Shown one piece after another: positions 1 through 13,999 of a stretch of 64,000 nt of DNA (its first letter is position 1; every line of letters begins with the position of its first letter). The notes beneath the pieces were generated by a model. The model was given only the letters and a program-made list of their open reading frames with translations. It ran no database searches and was not told the DNA's origin. The position numbers and the translations under genes are program-made. The stretch is taken from positions 2,790,001-2,854,000 of the forward strand of contig OX597830.1 in NCBI GenBank assembly GCA_951406725.2, given 5' to 3'. The DNA comes from Octopus vulgaris. Lineage: Eukaryota.

Positions 1-227
1 AGATAAGCGGGAGGGAAGCTGTATTGCCGTTCCTTTTGTCATATCTGAAATCATGACAGCATGCAAGAAAAAAAAAATGAAAAGAAAAATTCAGATTTGA
101 TGATGTTGTTGATGATAATGATGATGACAACTGTGGTGGCAGTGATGCTAAAAGTGATGATGATGATGATGACAACCTCTCTTCCTACCAACATCATCAT
201 CAGTGACTTGATAGTTTTTAAATACTA

Positions 228-462
228 GTGATGGTGGTGGTGGTGGTGGTGGTGGTGGTGGTGGTGGTGGTGGTGGTGGTGATGGAGATAGTGGCACTGA
301 GATGATGTGGAGGATGCTGGTGACGATGTAGTAGAGGTTGAAGATAACGGCAGTGGTAGTGGAAATGGTGGTGGTGGTGGTGGTGGAGGTTGCAGTGGTG
401 GGGAGGATGGTAATAGTGACAATGGTGGTGATGGTGGTGGTGGGAATGCTGATGGCAGTGAT
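228..462. repeat. (GGT)n-rich trinucleotide low-complexity tract
   Basis: Pure (GGT)n at 232-280 decaying into GGT/GAT mixtures; explains the poly-His/Thr/Gly ORFs. Confidence 0.95.
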
Positions 463-537
463 AACAGCAAATCTTCCTCAGCAGTTTATGTTCTGCACGC
501 ATGTGGATTTAGATCAATGTCTATTTTGTTAACTCAG

Positions 538-603
538 CAGAAAGTGTTTGCAGAGTTTCATGCAAGAAGGATTCCAACCGATATATCCAACCTTTTGCTG
601 CCA
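538..603 (+). CDS. Candidate 66-nt internal host exon, product unknown
   Basis: ttttgttaactcag| acceptor and |gtaagt donor; unique sequence between repeats; all three frames open (phase-1 reading ESVCRVSCKKDSNRYIQPFAA). Confidence 0.3.
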
Positions 604-1096
604 GTAAGTCAAACACCAAAATTATAATCTAACAAAGATGATCTCAAAAATAAAAATAAAAGAAAAATTAAATTAAAGAATAAACTAAAAATGCAATAAA
701 AAAATAAAAATGAAAAAAATTAAATAAAATTGAAATAAAAGTAAAATAAAAATAAAACAATAAAAATTAAAATAGAATGAAAATAAAATAAATCTTGTTG
801 CAGTTTTGTTGTTTGCGCAAAGAAATGTCCAGAAGTGTTTATGAATAAATTTTGCTTTAATTAAGATTACTGTTATATTATTACATTAACATTTTTTGCG
901 ATGTAACTCTTTATTTCCTTCAAGTTATTTATGTTTTTCATTTTAACGATCTACATTTATTTTTATCCCGACCCTATCTCTGTCCTTCCCTCAAACAGAC
1001 GTATCTTTTATCTATTTAGCTTCTTTCTTTCTTTCTTTCTTTCCTTCTTTCTCTCCTTTCCTAAATGTTAGAACTATTTTACAATATGGTGAATGG

Positions 1097-1805
<709 letters not shown>

Positions 1806-3094
1806 TGTATATTTGGGGTAGAAGTAACATTTGATTTACAACAACGAAACAACAAAAACAAAAAACAGCAGAAAATTTCAGTGAGAATTTGATGAAAGAT
1901 AAAAAGATAAATAAAATAAAATGAAACACCAACGCAAAGACACACCCACACATGCACACACATACACACACACATATTCACATTGTCACTTACACACATA
2001 CACATTTATTCTTGCATCTCTCTGTCTCCCTCTCACCCTTCCTCTCTCTCTCCCTTTCACACACACACATGCGCGCACACACAGAGTTTTAACTGTTGAT
2101 GCATGAATTAAAGTAATGTAAAGTTTCACTGCAATCTTTAATCCACAGATCACATCTCAAAGCTATATTGAAAGTTGCTGAAGCATTATATTCTTTCAGT
2201 ATGATAATCTGACCAAAATCGCTGTTTGATAATTTATCACGCTAGACATAAGCTTCCATCACTACCTTTTACTGGCTCAGCAGTGCTTCTTATGTTACAT
2301 AGAGTTTAGAAAATGATAACAACAACAACAGCAACAACAATAGCAACAATAATAACAATAACAATAACGACAACGATGATGACGACGACGATGATGATGA
2401 AAGAAAAAGGACTGATGAAATAGGGGAAAGAATGAACGGTGGATATTGGTTCTATTTTGAACAGGTTTCCATTTAGTATTTAGTCACTTCCAAATGTCCA
2501 ATATTTGTAGAGGATAGAACAAAATAGGTAAGAATTAAAAGTATATGCATATTAAATGGTTTACAGGGGATAAGATTAGTCTATTATAAATTGATAATGT
2601 TGCCTTGATATGACAGCAAATTATAAACATCCATTGTGGTTTCTCATTCCAGTTTGGTTTACATTTTCCTGATTAACATCCAATTTTTCACAGCTGCCAT
2701 TCCCGGTTGCATATGGCTGCAGCAAATTACCAATTCCTGTTTCAGCTGGATTACCTCTCTGCTGCTAACCACTCATCCGTGAAATATGGATTGGAGTTGC
2801 TTGTCAACAAGACAGACTAGCATCAAGGCGAGTTCAGTGTGTCTTGCCCAGAGGTACAATACATATTGTCCAGAGTAATAAGTAAGGTTCACCCGAGCAG
2901 CTTTAATGTCTAACACTGATTGATTCCACAACCCCGCTTATGTATATATGCATGTGTGTGTGTGTGCCCGTTAGTGTGCCTCTGTGTGTGTGTGTTTGTG
3001 TGTGTGTGTGTATGCATACCCACACACACATTTATATGAATATGTGAGAGTGTATATGGAAGTGCCTGTGTATGTAGAATTGTGTATATATAAT

Positions 3095-3384
3095 GGCCCA
3101 GTGCAGCGGACTTGTGGTCGTAGGATCATGGTTTCAATTCCCAGACCGGGCGTTGTGAGTGTTCATTGAGTGAAAACACCTAAAGCTCCATGAGGCTCCA
3201 GCAGGGGGCGTTGGCGATCCCTGCTGTACTCTTTTGTCATAACTTTCTCGCACTCTTTCTTTTGTTGGCCTGCTTGCTTAGCCAGCGGGGTAGCGACATT
3301 TGAAGGCTAAAACAATGCAAAGCGCATTGTGACCAGCGATGTGTAACAACATCTGATAGCCTGGTCGGTCACGTGATCACGTGA
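3095..3384 (+). mobile_element. tRNA-derived SINE (family B), tail ...ggtcacgtgatcacgtga
   Basis: Degenerate tRNA head (ggtttcaattccc B-box-like); 3' half recurs inverted at 22298-22416. Confidence 0.75.
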
Positions 3385-3471
3385 TATATATATATATCTA
3401 TATATATATATATGTATACATCTGTTTATTTGGGTATACATGCATGTCATCATTATCAGCAGCATATTTAT

Positions 3472-3629
3472 CAGGTGTGGCTGTGTGGTAAGTAGCTTGC
3501 TTCCCAACCGCATAGTACCAGGTTCAGTCCCACTGCATGGCACCTTGGGCAAGTGTCTTCTACTATAGCCTCAGGCCAATCAAAGCCTTGTGAGTAGATT
3601 TGGTAGATGGAAACTGAAAGAAGCCCATC

Positions 3630-3662
<33 letters not shown>

Positions 3663-3985
3663 CATGCATATATCATCATCATCATCATCATCATCATCGT
3701 TTAACATGGAGAACGGACGTTAAACGATGATGATGATGATGATGATGATGATATATGCATGTATGTATTTGTGTGTCTATGTCTGTCCACCCACCATTAC
3801 TTGACAACCAATGCTGGTGCGTTTACGTCCCTGTAACTTAGCAGTTCAGCAAAAAGAACCAAAATAATAAGCACTAGGCTTACAAAGAATAAATTCTGGG
3901 GTTACTTTGTTCGACTAAAAGGAAGTGCTCCAGTATGGCAACAGGCAAAATCACTGAAACATGTAAAAAAATAAAAGAAAAGAAA
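3472..3985 (+). mobile_element. tRNA/CORE-type SINE (family A) with internal microsatellite
   Basis: tggctgtgtggtaag A-box, ggttcagtccc B-box, ccttgggcaagtg CORE-like motif; matches the copy at 43980-44437. Confidence 0.85.
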
Positions 3986-4854
3986 AATCATCACCATCAC
4001 CATCATCATCATCATCATCATCATTAACATCATCCTGAGGTTTTATATCTGTTCTTCTATGTTGGCATGGATGAGTAGTCTTAACATTTTTGAAATTGTT
4101 TGTCATCTTCTTTGGGATCCTAAAATCATCCCCCACCACTTCTCATCCCATCATCTTTGATCTCTTCCTTCTATGAACTTCTTCCCTCAGCCTTATTTGA
4201 CCCTTTTCCATGCATTTGTTACTCCTCATACACATCAAATACCTGTACCAACACAGCCTTTCTTCTTATTAACTATGAGAGATATCTCTGATGGCTGCTA
4301 TTCGGCTGCTCTTTCTAGCAGATCGTCTAACCATACAGAGGTATTCTCTCCAATAAATCATTGAGATCTATATCTGTTCACCAATCAAAATAATCTAAGC
4401 AGTTCTCAGTTGCAGCACTCAAGCACCTTTGCAGCAGTAGCCCCTGACAGTCTGAACTCTATTAAAATAATAAATTTTTCTTAATTGTCTTGTGTTTTAT
4501 TTTTTTTATTTTTTTGGTACAGCCTCCTAAAAAAATCTAGGTTTTGAATCTGTCCTTGATATTAAAAATGTTGATAACCACTCTAACATTTGCTACTTGG
4601 CTGCTCTTTCTAGCAGATTGACTGACCACATAGAGACACTCCTTCCAATACATCATTCAAACATATACCCATTCCCGAATTAAAGCGGTCAAAGTGATGT
4701 CCAGTTTTTATTTGTTAGACATTATTTGGTCCCCTCTGAGTTAGAAACTCTATTTTAGGGAACTACATTGAGATTTAGATGTCCTTACTATTATTTAACA
4801 ACCAAAAGATAAAATTAACTTCAGCCAGATTTGAACTCACGAGGAAGTTATTTG

Positions 4855-5070
4855 CATGATAACTTGACCTGCTAGAAATAGCAGTTAAATTTCTCTAAAG
4901 ATCTCACCATACTGCCATTAAATAAATTTGGCAACATTAAATAATGTTGTCTTATATATACTATGTCTCAAAAATACAGGATGGTCATGAGAGGAGCAAC
5001 TTTGATCATAGGTCTATTAGACCAGGGACAATAAACTGAAGCCAGACAACAGCAACACCAACAATAAATA
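4855..5070 (+). mobile_element. Old (AAC)n-tailed dispersed repeat, probable SINE (family E)
   Basis: gctagaaatagcag...ggatggtcat...ctttgatcataggt...acaac motifs shared with 51830-52040 (+), 50960-51140 (-) and 29890-30060 (-). Confidence 0.55.
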
Positions 5071-5104
5071 AACTGTAATCTCCTTCTTGCCAATCTTTAT
5101 AAAC

Positions 5105-5310
5105 ATTGGTTTCAAGTTTTGGCATAAAGCCAGAAATTTCAAAGGAGGGGATAAGTTGATTACATCGACCCCAGAGTTTAACTGGTACCTGTTTTATTGA
5201 CCTCCAAAAAGAGGAAAGGTAAAGATGACTTCAGAAGTTGAACCCAGAATGCAAAGATGGATGGAATGTTGCAAACCATGCTAATCATTCTACCAGCTCA
5301 GCACAGCCTT
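5105..5310 (-). mobile_element. tRNA-derived SINE (family C), diverged
   Basis: Similar to the copies at 55347-56082 (catcgacccca...actggtac...gaacccagaa). Confidence 0.7.
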
Positions 5311-6243
5311 ACTCTATAAATATTGGTTAGGGAAAAATTCTTAGGAAATATTTTGATTTCCATTATTAATAAGCAGTTTAATCAGGGATAATTCTTAAAC
5401 ACGAATTTATTTTCTATCTTGTCGCAGAAAAACAAAACTAGTTTCTCATTAAATTCATTAAAATCTATTTAATTCTGTTTACTAAATCGAAGAAAAAAGA
5501 AAAACACTTCAAAATCACTTAAAAAAGACAAAAAAAATTATCCTCTCCAATTTGTTGTTAATGAAGATTTTAATTGTGAAGCAAAACTATAATTGCAAGG
5601 ATCCATACATATCCAAGATGAAGCAAGAAAATAAAACAGAATTTATGTGTCACACATCAGAACCGTGTTTTGTGATAAAAGCAATAAAGTTTGGTAAATT
5701 TAAGTCTCACAGAAATCACATTTGTTTTCATTTGTAAGTTGGATTTAGTATTGAGATAACAACAGAACATATATTGACATCAGTAAATCACTGGCGTCTC
5801 AGTTTGCTATTAAATGGAATAATATGAGTTTTAGATCACTGAATATAAACATATTGGCTGATGAACCAACATGGTAAGTTTTGTGTGGTTGTTCGATTTG
5901 CTAAAAATAGCAGCAAAATACCTCTAAAATCATAACTTAATAAGGAATGGACATATTAGTTAATGTTGTCCTAGATACACTTAAAGAGTGAAATTGTGAA
6001 GACTAGAATATAAGCCATGGGGCCAAAGGGTTACTTTACTAGGTCTGACTTGAGTTTTAAGAACAAAATCTCTCACAAAATTGGATTTGGGCCAATCCAA
6101 GATTGGTCTAGAGGTCACTATTTGAAGGTAGCACACACTAATAATTGAACATGCTGCCTCATGATAGTGAAGCAAACGTCTTAAATATACAGTTATGTTT
6201 GTACTTTGTGTCAACACACACACACACACAACACAAACACATG

Positions 6244-6326
6244 CAAATGTAACAGGGGCCATCATGATGACACCAAATGTAACAAGGGCCATCATGATGA
6301 CACTAAATGTAAGAAGGGCCATCATG
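6244..6326. repeat. 30-bp minisatellite, ~2.8 copies
   Basis: Unit caaatgtaacaagggccatcatgatgacac. Confidence 0.85.
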
Positions 6327-6339
6327 TTTATGCTTCTTC

Positions 6340-6625
6340 TCAGATATACTCCATGCTTCAGACACTTCCCCACAGTTACATTATTTCATCTCTTTTAAGC
6401 GTCTGTTTCTCAAAGTGGCAGGTGTAGAGTCTTCCCTCTTCTCATCACCTTGTCTCCTCTACATCCAGTCCTTTTCTAGAACCATATTCCTCTGGAATTT
6501 TCTTCCTACTCAGCTCATTCCTACGAGTGTTGACCCATAATAGTTTAAATAAAATATTAACAGCATAAACCTCACTAGTTTTAAAGGGCTCATGGGGCTC
6601 TGCCCCTTCCTCAAGACCCAACAAT
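6340..6625 (+). mobile_element. CR1/L2/jockey-type LINE 3' fragment
   Basis: Translates QSF-SRTIFLWNFLP...FK*NIN..L, the typical ORF2 C-terminal motif. Confidence 0.65.
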
Positions 6626-6910
6626 AATATAATATGTTTCTTTATTAGCCACACAGGGCTGGACACAGATGGGACAAATTACAATGTAGAACTTTTCTTT
6701 TTGGGGAGAAAAAAAAAGTGGGGTAGATTTTCGATCAAAAGGGATCGTAGAAAGGAAAAAACAAGAAAAGAAAAAACGATCAATAGGGATCATGTATCAC
6801 AGAAATGTAATGATGTAAAGTGTAAAGGGGAAGCAGATAAGGTTTATCCATGGAAAGAAAAGCCAACGGAAAATACCACGGTAACCTCGGTCATTAATGT
6901 CGCATGTTAA
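6626..6910 (-). mobile_element. LINE 3' UTR (L1/Tx1-like)
   Basis: Minus strand is a T-rich UTR ending ...ccctgtgtggctAATAAAgaaa; family assignment from recall. Confidence 0.45.
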
Positions 6911-7845
6911 CACATTTTTTTGCAAGTAAGTAAAAGTTTAACCAGTTTGTAATGACCTACAAATGCTAAAGATCAACGGTTTCTTTCTGGAAGGTTCTAC
7001 ATAGACTAAGGACTTTTCTCTTCTTCTCTTCACCAATATCAAAATATAGAAGCAATTCAAAAAGTTCCTGCAATATACGACAAGGTGGAATTAACCCCTT
7101 TCCTTAACAGAATTCCCTTAATTCTTCTCTTTTGGCCTGATTAGATTCTGGATCAGTTACAGTTTAAGTCTTTTAGAAATTATTTCACTCCAACTTCTAA
7201 CAAACAAATTTCAATGGAGGAATTTTCTTGTTTGGTAAAGAAGGGAGAGAAAAAAAAAGACAATTAGCTTTTATCTGTAGAATTTTAGTTTGTAAAAAAT
7301 ATTTTTGAAAAAAAAAAAAGAAAAATTGAAAGGAAAAATGATTGAAAATTTGAGAAAGAAGATGAAAACAAAAATGCACAACAGAGATGAAAATATTAAT
7401 CATTGACGTCACTAAGCTGCAGAATGTGAACCTTTACCGAAAATGTTGGAGATAAGAAGCATGGTAATCCCTGAAAATAGAACATAAATAAAATTAAAGT
7501 ATTTTTGCTACCCTCTTCCTGCCACACTTTAAGAGCTTAAAAACAAAAAGTGACATATTTTACTGTTTTTGGGGTGTTTTGTGTTGTTTTATTCTATATC
7601 TTGTATTTTACTTTCAATTTTCCAGCAAATCAACCAGTTTGTTTTTTGCAGAGTTACCAAATATTTGCCAATCCCTAAAAGTAAGCTTTTCAAAATTCAT
7701 AATAAAAAAAATAACTTATAAAGGACTCCAAAAGATGAAATATTTGGATTATCTTTTGTAGTGCAAAAACTTTTATCTCCAACAAGTTAGTCCTAAAGAA
7801 CTGAGGAAATAAAATAATTAAAGAGAGAAATATCTGGCATAAAGA

Positions 7846-7863
7846 AGTGTGTGTGTGTGTACG

Positions 7864-7918
<55 letters not shown>

Positions 7919-7996
7919 GTATGCGTGTATATATGTATAGTATGTGTGCATACACATACATCAACATATATATATATATACACACACACACAGACT

Positions 7997-8093
<97 letters not shown>

Positions 8094-8130
8094 AGAGAAA
8101 GAGAGAAAGCAAGAGAGCGAGAAAGAGATA
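7846..8130. repeat. Compound (TG)/(TA)/(CA)/(GA) microsatellite
   Basis: Direct reading. Confidence 0.95.
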
Positions 8131-8251
8131 TAAAAAACACACACACCACACAAACACATTTTGATTGAAAGATTGAAAACTCCATGAAATATAGCAAACA
8201 TTCTCAACCTGCAATGTACTGAAACATGTGTCAGATAATCTTCAGTTGTCT

Positions 8252-8346
8252 GATAACAATAATGATAACAACAACAACAACGACGACGACGACGACGGCA
8301 ACAACAACAACAACAGCAACAGCAACAACAACAACAACAACAACAA

Positions 8347-8422
<76 letters not shown>

Positions 8423-8474
8423 AATAATAATGATAATAATAATAATAATAATAATAATAGTAATAGCAGTAATA
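8252..8474. repeat. Compound (AAC)/(GAC)/(AGC)/(AAT) tract
   Basis: Direct reading. Confidence 0.97.
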
Positions 8475-8999
8475 GACTGAAAGCTACAAAGAGAATTACA
8501 CTGTCATCGTCTTTCTTTTTCAATATTTCTCAAAGACTTAAAAATATTCTTCACAGAGATTCTGCTGACAATCTGCCAACCCCTTTTGATAGGTTTTTTC
8601 TACAGGTCTTAACAAGTTTACTTCTCAAAGCAGATGAACAGGAGTTCAATCTCACTTTGTACCACCTTGAGCAAGTATCTTCTACTATAAGTTTGTGAAT
8701 GAAGTTTGGTTGACAGAACCTATTCCCTATTATGTCTACTGCTGTATTACTAATTATGGTATACATAGCAAGTGTAGGAGAGAAAATATGACAAACGCAG
8801 GTTTATATCATTTGCTGCTACGTATTCTTCACCATTGGCGTTGATTTGAAATCTGCTTTGGATGTTTCAAGTGCAACAGATCACCAGAAGAACAATTTAT
8901 GGCATTCGGTTACACAGATCAAATGCCTATGTATATGTGTATATGTGTGTGCGTGTGTTTGTGTACGTGTATCTATCTATCTGTCTGTCTGTCTGTCTA

Positions 9000-9178
9000 T
9001 TGACCGCTCGCCACTAAAGCTTTTTATTCTCTCTGTTTATTTCCTCGTGTTCCTTTCTGTTGAAGAGCACAGGCTTGAAACATAAAATACTTTCTTACCT
9101 TCCCAAGCATTAAACTAATACACCTGTTTCTTGTTTACACACCTGTCATTGCCTTTTTTTATTGTAAATTCCAACTAG
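9000..9178 (+). mobile_element. Short Penelope-like pLTR remnant with decayed hammerhead (9053-9087)
   Basis: Homologous to 17250-17432; ctgttga-a-gagc-acag-gctt-gaaa-cata. Confidence 0.65.
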
Positions 9179-9658
9179 ACAAATAGATAGATAGATGGAT
9201 GGATGGATGGATATGTGTGTGTGTGTGTGTGAATACATGAACACACACACACACATGCATCTACATTCACCAGAGAGGAAACATTTAGTCTTAATTACAC
9301 AATTGCATATCTTGTATATGATTTTCTCGATCGAAATGTCATTAGTGCATAGACCTGCAAATTCAGGTGTTAGCATTAGAAATAGTTAAAGCTTGTACTT
9401 TACTGTTTGACATACTTCTTAACAATGTGTGAATGTGTGTAGAACAACTAAGCAAAAAAAAAAAAAAAAAGAGAGAATATTTAAACAACTATCTGCTATT
9501 TTGCTTTTTGTTTTCTCTTTTTCTTTTTACCTGATAGTAATTCACTCACAATAAATATCAATATATTATGGAGTTAATCTTAGATAAGTAAATATGGCTT
9601 GACTGCAACATAAGAGAATTAGGTCTCGCATTGAGTTTTATCTCTGCTTTTATGACAG

Positions 9659-9718
9659 CCAGTTCAAGATTCAAGAACAAACTTAAGATGCACAACACAT
9701 TTCATTGGATGCAGTTTC
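9659..9718 (+). CDS. Candidate 60-nt internal host exon, product unknown
   Basis: tctctgcttttatgacag| acceptor and |gtatgt donor; phase-1 reading SSRFKNKLKMHNTFHWMQF. Confidence 0.3.
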
Positions 9719-12702
9719 GTATGTATTAGTTATCACCCAATACCTACAGGATAAAACGTATGTTCAATGGTCCAGAAAATAATACCAGAATGTAGTTAAT
9801 TCATAAAGTTAGACAATTTTGTGGATAATCTGCAGGCTGTTGAACAAATCCAATGTTTTATTTCTCATCCTTGCAAGGTTAATAAAATATATGGCATTGG
9901 GGTTGATATAATTGAAGGTTTCCTTCCCTGAAAAGGGGCAGTCTTGTGTCTAATGTAGATATTGGTTTGAGAAGAAAGCGGAAGACAAACAAAATAATTT
10001 TCCTTCAGACAATAACAAAGTAGTTTGATTACTCTTAGAGAATATAGCGAGGTGAAGTAATCAATAAGTCATTGGTAGATTGTTTCCTAATGCTGATTAT
10101 GGTCTTGGAATCCACAGACAAACAGAACTGATGTGAAAACAGTGAAATCTACATAATAGACAGAGAAACAGCATTAGAGAGTCAAATGAAGTCATTAGAC
10201 ATTCAAGTGAATAAATAAGGTGGAAAATGAAGAATCTAAGATTGTTTGATCAGTGAGAAATAATAGATAAGATTCTTTCTGTTCAGTCTTTTAAAGTTGT
10301 TTTAAATGTTTATTAATTGGACATTATGGGAACTTGTTGCTATAAAAATATCTGAAACTAATATTGATCATCCTAGGCTGATTGACTTAATCTGTCAGGC
10401 CTGTGTGCTTCCTGGTTCTTACTTATACATACATTGTATCTGTACATTTTAGCACAAACTGTGTGCCCTTAAAGGCAATTAAAAGGGTTGGTATCAAGAA
10501 GGGTATCCAACCATAAAGCACCACCTTAAAAGCTTCGTTCAGTCTTTGCCAGAACAGAGAAGTAGAAATATAAAGAAAGAAATGGCAAGGAACCCTTAAC
10601 TCCCTGCTGATGCAACACTATCCTCTGACACCTGGATACATTTAACAGAATTAGAGCACCACTGGGATAAGTATAAAGGTAAGACCGGGATCTGCTACCT
10701 TCCTGCCTTCCTTTCACCAGTTTTTCAGATTGTAAAAACTGTTTCACACTCCATTTCAAAAATAGAACTTCAAATTCATATGTCTTCTGTCTGTGGCTTG
10801 TTCAAAGGAGGAAATAGAGTGTATGGGTGTCTAGAGCAGGTGCCTTGAAGGGGTACCTTGAATGGCTGCATGCCATTGTAAACATGACTTTGGGTTATCT
10901 AATTTGATGCTAACTTGATCCTGAAGTACAGCTTTCTATTGTAGAGATTCATGAATTGCCTCCATCAAACACCACCAGTTATTAAAACACTACAAAACAT
11001 CATGAGTGATTTTTGAGCAAAGACATATTTAAAAAATATTAAAATATTTGAAGTTTTTAATCAGTATATCCAGATTTTTCTGTAATTTTTGCTAATGATT
11101 CTTCAGTCACTCTTTAAATCAACCATTAACATGGAACCAAGTTGCTTAACATTTGATCAAACATCTACAATAATTCTTAAACAACAAACTGTTGTTTTAT
11201 TTGAAGCACATGAAATAAGAAATTTGCATTTATCATAAAAACAGCGAAAAGAAACGAAGCACTTTTGGGGAAAATAGGACTCTGCTGATATATATTTGGT
11301 TGACATTTTTGGTTGCATATATATCGAAGACTTACTGTCATATATTTTAAGAATATTTCTAAGAACATATCTCCATAGGCATTCTGTCTGTTCCAAATGA
11401 TTTTAGGAAAACAAAATATGCTGAGAAATCCTGAAAACAACGATGTTTTCGGCCCCTCAAAGAATATGTAAAATAATGTTATTTCTAAACATATTCTAGT
11501 AAAAGTGGAACAAATTATGTCTGAAAGAACTGGCTATATTTTTAGCACATTTTTGTTTGTTTTGTTTCTTAAACAAATACAGCAAAACATGTCTACTTAA
11601 GTGTACTGAGCAGAAAAGACAGGAGGTTTGAAAAAACAAAAAGAAACAAAAGAAATCGATATACTAACGATAAAGATTGTTCCCTCTGTCACTCTCATTA
11701 AAAACTAGGAAGTTATTTGGAAAGTTAGAACAAAGTAGAACATGTTCAGGGCCTTTAGATATAACAGGTATTTTGGTTTGATCATATTTCTGCTTCACAA
11801 GAATTAAATATCTTAGCCAGCTTCTACCCAGTTTAGTATAATATTTTATATATTTTACAGTTTGTACAGTGAAACGTTTCCTTCTTCAGCTGTCAACAGG
11901 AAATTAAAGCAATTTGGGTGTCTTCTAACAGTATTGCTTTCTCTAGCAATGCCTAGCAGCACTGAACTGGTGCTAGCAGGGAGCATTCAAAGTTTTTTGG
12001 CCCACACTACAACATGTCTTTTTTCCCCTTCTTCCTTCAATCCTGCGATTATATCATCATACCAGAATGCCACCCACTCTGATCACACAGTAAATATTAT
12101 GTTTAATCTGCTCGATAAAGTTTTATTCTTTGCTCTCTGCTTTTGGCTTTCCCTCACATATCTTTACCATACATCCATGATAAATCATTCTTTGATTCCT
12201 TCACAAGACTGCGAACCACATTTCTCCCATTCTACCTGAGTGTAATACCATTCAGTAAGGACAGAAGAGATTGATTCACAAACCCATGACACCCCATCTC
12301 TGCTGCCATCATCATGATTCACGTAGCTCCCTAAACTTTCATATCTCAACACTTTCTTTCACGTATCCTCTTCCAGAGGGACTCGTAAACTCAATCAGCA
12401 TTCAGGGCATCTTTTTTATGTCAAGCCACTCCATGGCATTAATTTATTGACGGAGGATCATATTTTCAAAACCTGTTATATGTTTAATCTGCTTGATAAA
12501 GTTTTATTCTTTGCTTTCTGCTTTATGCTTACATGCATACATACACACATATGTATGGATGTATATAATATATATATATATATATATATGTACAAGCTTG
12601 TGTGCTTGTATATATGTGTGTGCATGTGTGTGTGTGCATGAGTGTGTGCACATTGTGCATATGTTTGTACATGATTATATATATACATATACATATATAT
12701 AT

Positions 12703-13941
12703 CAGGCTCTTCAAAAGTCCTGTTACACTCGGTTTTGATTTTTCAAGAGGTTAATGTGTGAGATAGAAAAAGTACTGACAAACACACTTCAAGTTCTACT
12801 TTTCCAGCACATGTCATTACAAAATCTTTACCATTGTGAGCAGGTGTATCAAGATGGAATTTTATAAAAAAAAAAACCCAGATCTTTGCACTCCTGTGCA
12901 TGGGCCACAACAAGCCTGACATCAGCAAGCAGCTCAACATCTGTCAGGTGACTCTCCATAGAGTCACGGAGAGGCTCAAGGACAAGAAACACCTCAAAGA
13001 TCGACCTCAATCAGTCAGACATCAAGTTGTCAACCATTTGGCTGTTGGAAAGGCTTTCAAAAGTGATCTGAAGCTCAAAATGACTGTGCTCGCAAAGAAC
13101 AACATCTTGGTGGCCACAGTGTACAGGGCTGTCAAGGAGGAGACAGGCAAGATCTTGAGATGTATGGAAAGGCCGCTGCTTACTGACCATATGTGAAAAC
13201 ACTGTCAAGAGTGCTGTCATTGCCTTCTCAATGACTTGAAGGGTCATGGCAATCGAATTCTCATTTTTTCTGATGAAAAATCTTTCAAGATCAATCCAAT
13301 CATCTGCATGGTCAACTTTGGACTGGATGTTTCTGAGGTCCACTACATGTCCACGATGAAGTATCCAACCCCCATGATGATGTTCAGTATCATGGCTTCA
13401 TATGGTGAGAAGATGTCGCAAGTGTGCTTCACAGCTAATTACAGGCTCACCGTAGCTGACTACAAGAACATCTTGGCCACAAAATCCTGCCCTGTGAGAG
13501 AAAGATCATGAAGAAGGTGGACTATGTCTTTCAGCAGGACAATGCCCTGGCCCACATGACCAAGACTGTACAAGAGTGGTTAGGATCGAAAATGAACTTC
13601 TGGTTGAAGGACTTTTAACCAATGCAGTCATCTGACCTCAACCCCTGGACTAGTGTGTGGGTGCATTTTGAGGACAAGGTCCACAAGGTCTGTCACATCA
13701 AAGTTGACAAGCTGAAGTCCTCCATCAATGGTTTGTGGGCCAGCATGAGGAAGGACTTCATCCACAACGTGTGTGTAGCTTTCAGATCTCGCCCAGAACA
13801 TGTGCTCACCAGTGAGGGTGGCTACATTACTTAATAATAACATTTAGAAACACATTTATATGTTAAACAATAAAAATGTGTTTAACTGCATCCTTTGTTC
13901 AGTGTTGTAACCAATGTAACTGGACTTTTGCAAAACCCGGG
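12703..13941 (+). mobile_element. Decayed Tc1/mariner-superfamily transposon (maT/DD37D-like)
   Basis: Imperfect ~30-bp TIRs (caggctcttcaaaagtcctgttacac / tgtaactggacttttgcaaaacccggg) in TA context; internal transposase remnant. Confidence 0.9.
12854..13834 (+). pseudogene. DDD transposase pseudogene
   Basis: ILIFSDEKSF, VFQQDNALAH and SSDLNP(L)D motifs, N-terminal HTH-like region; stops and frameshifts. Confidence 0.88.
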
Positions 13942-13999
13942 TATACATACATATATATAACTATATATACACATACATGTGTGTGTGTATGGGTGTGTA

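Noticed and set aside
307-537. Gly/Asp-rich ORF starting MEDAGDD
   Set aside because: Degenerate (GGT) low complexity; only the 538-603 part is kept as an exon candidate.
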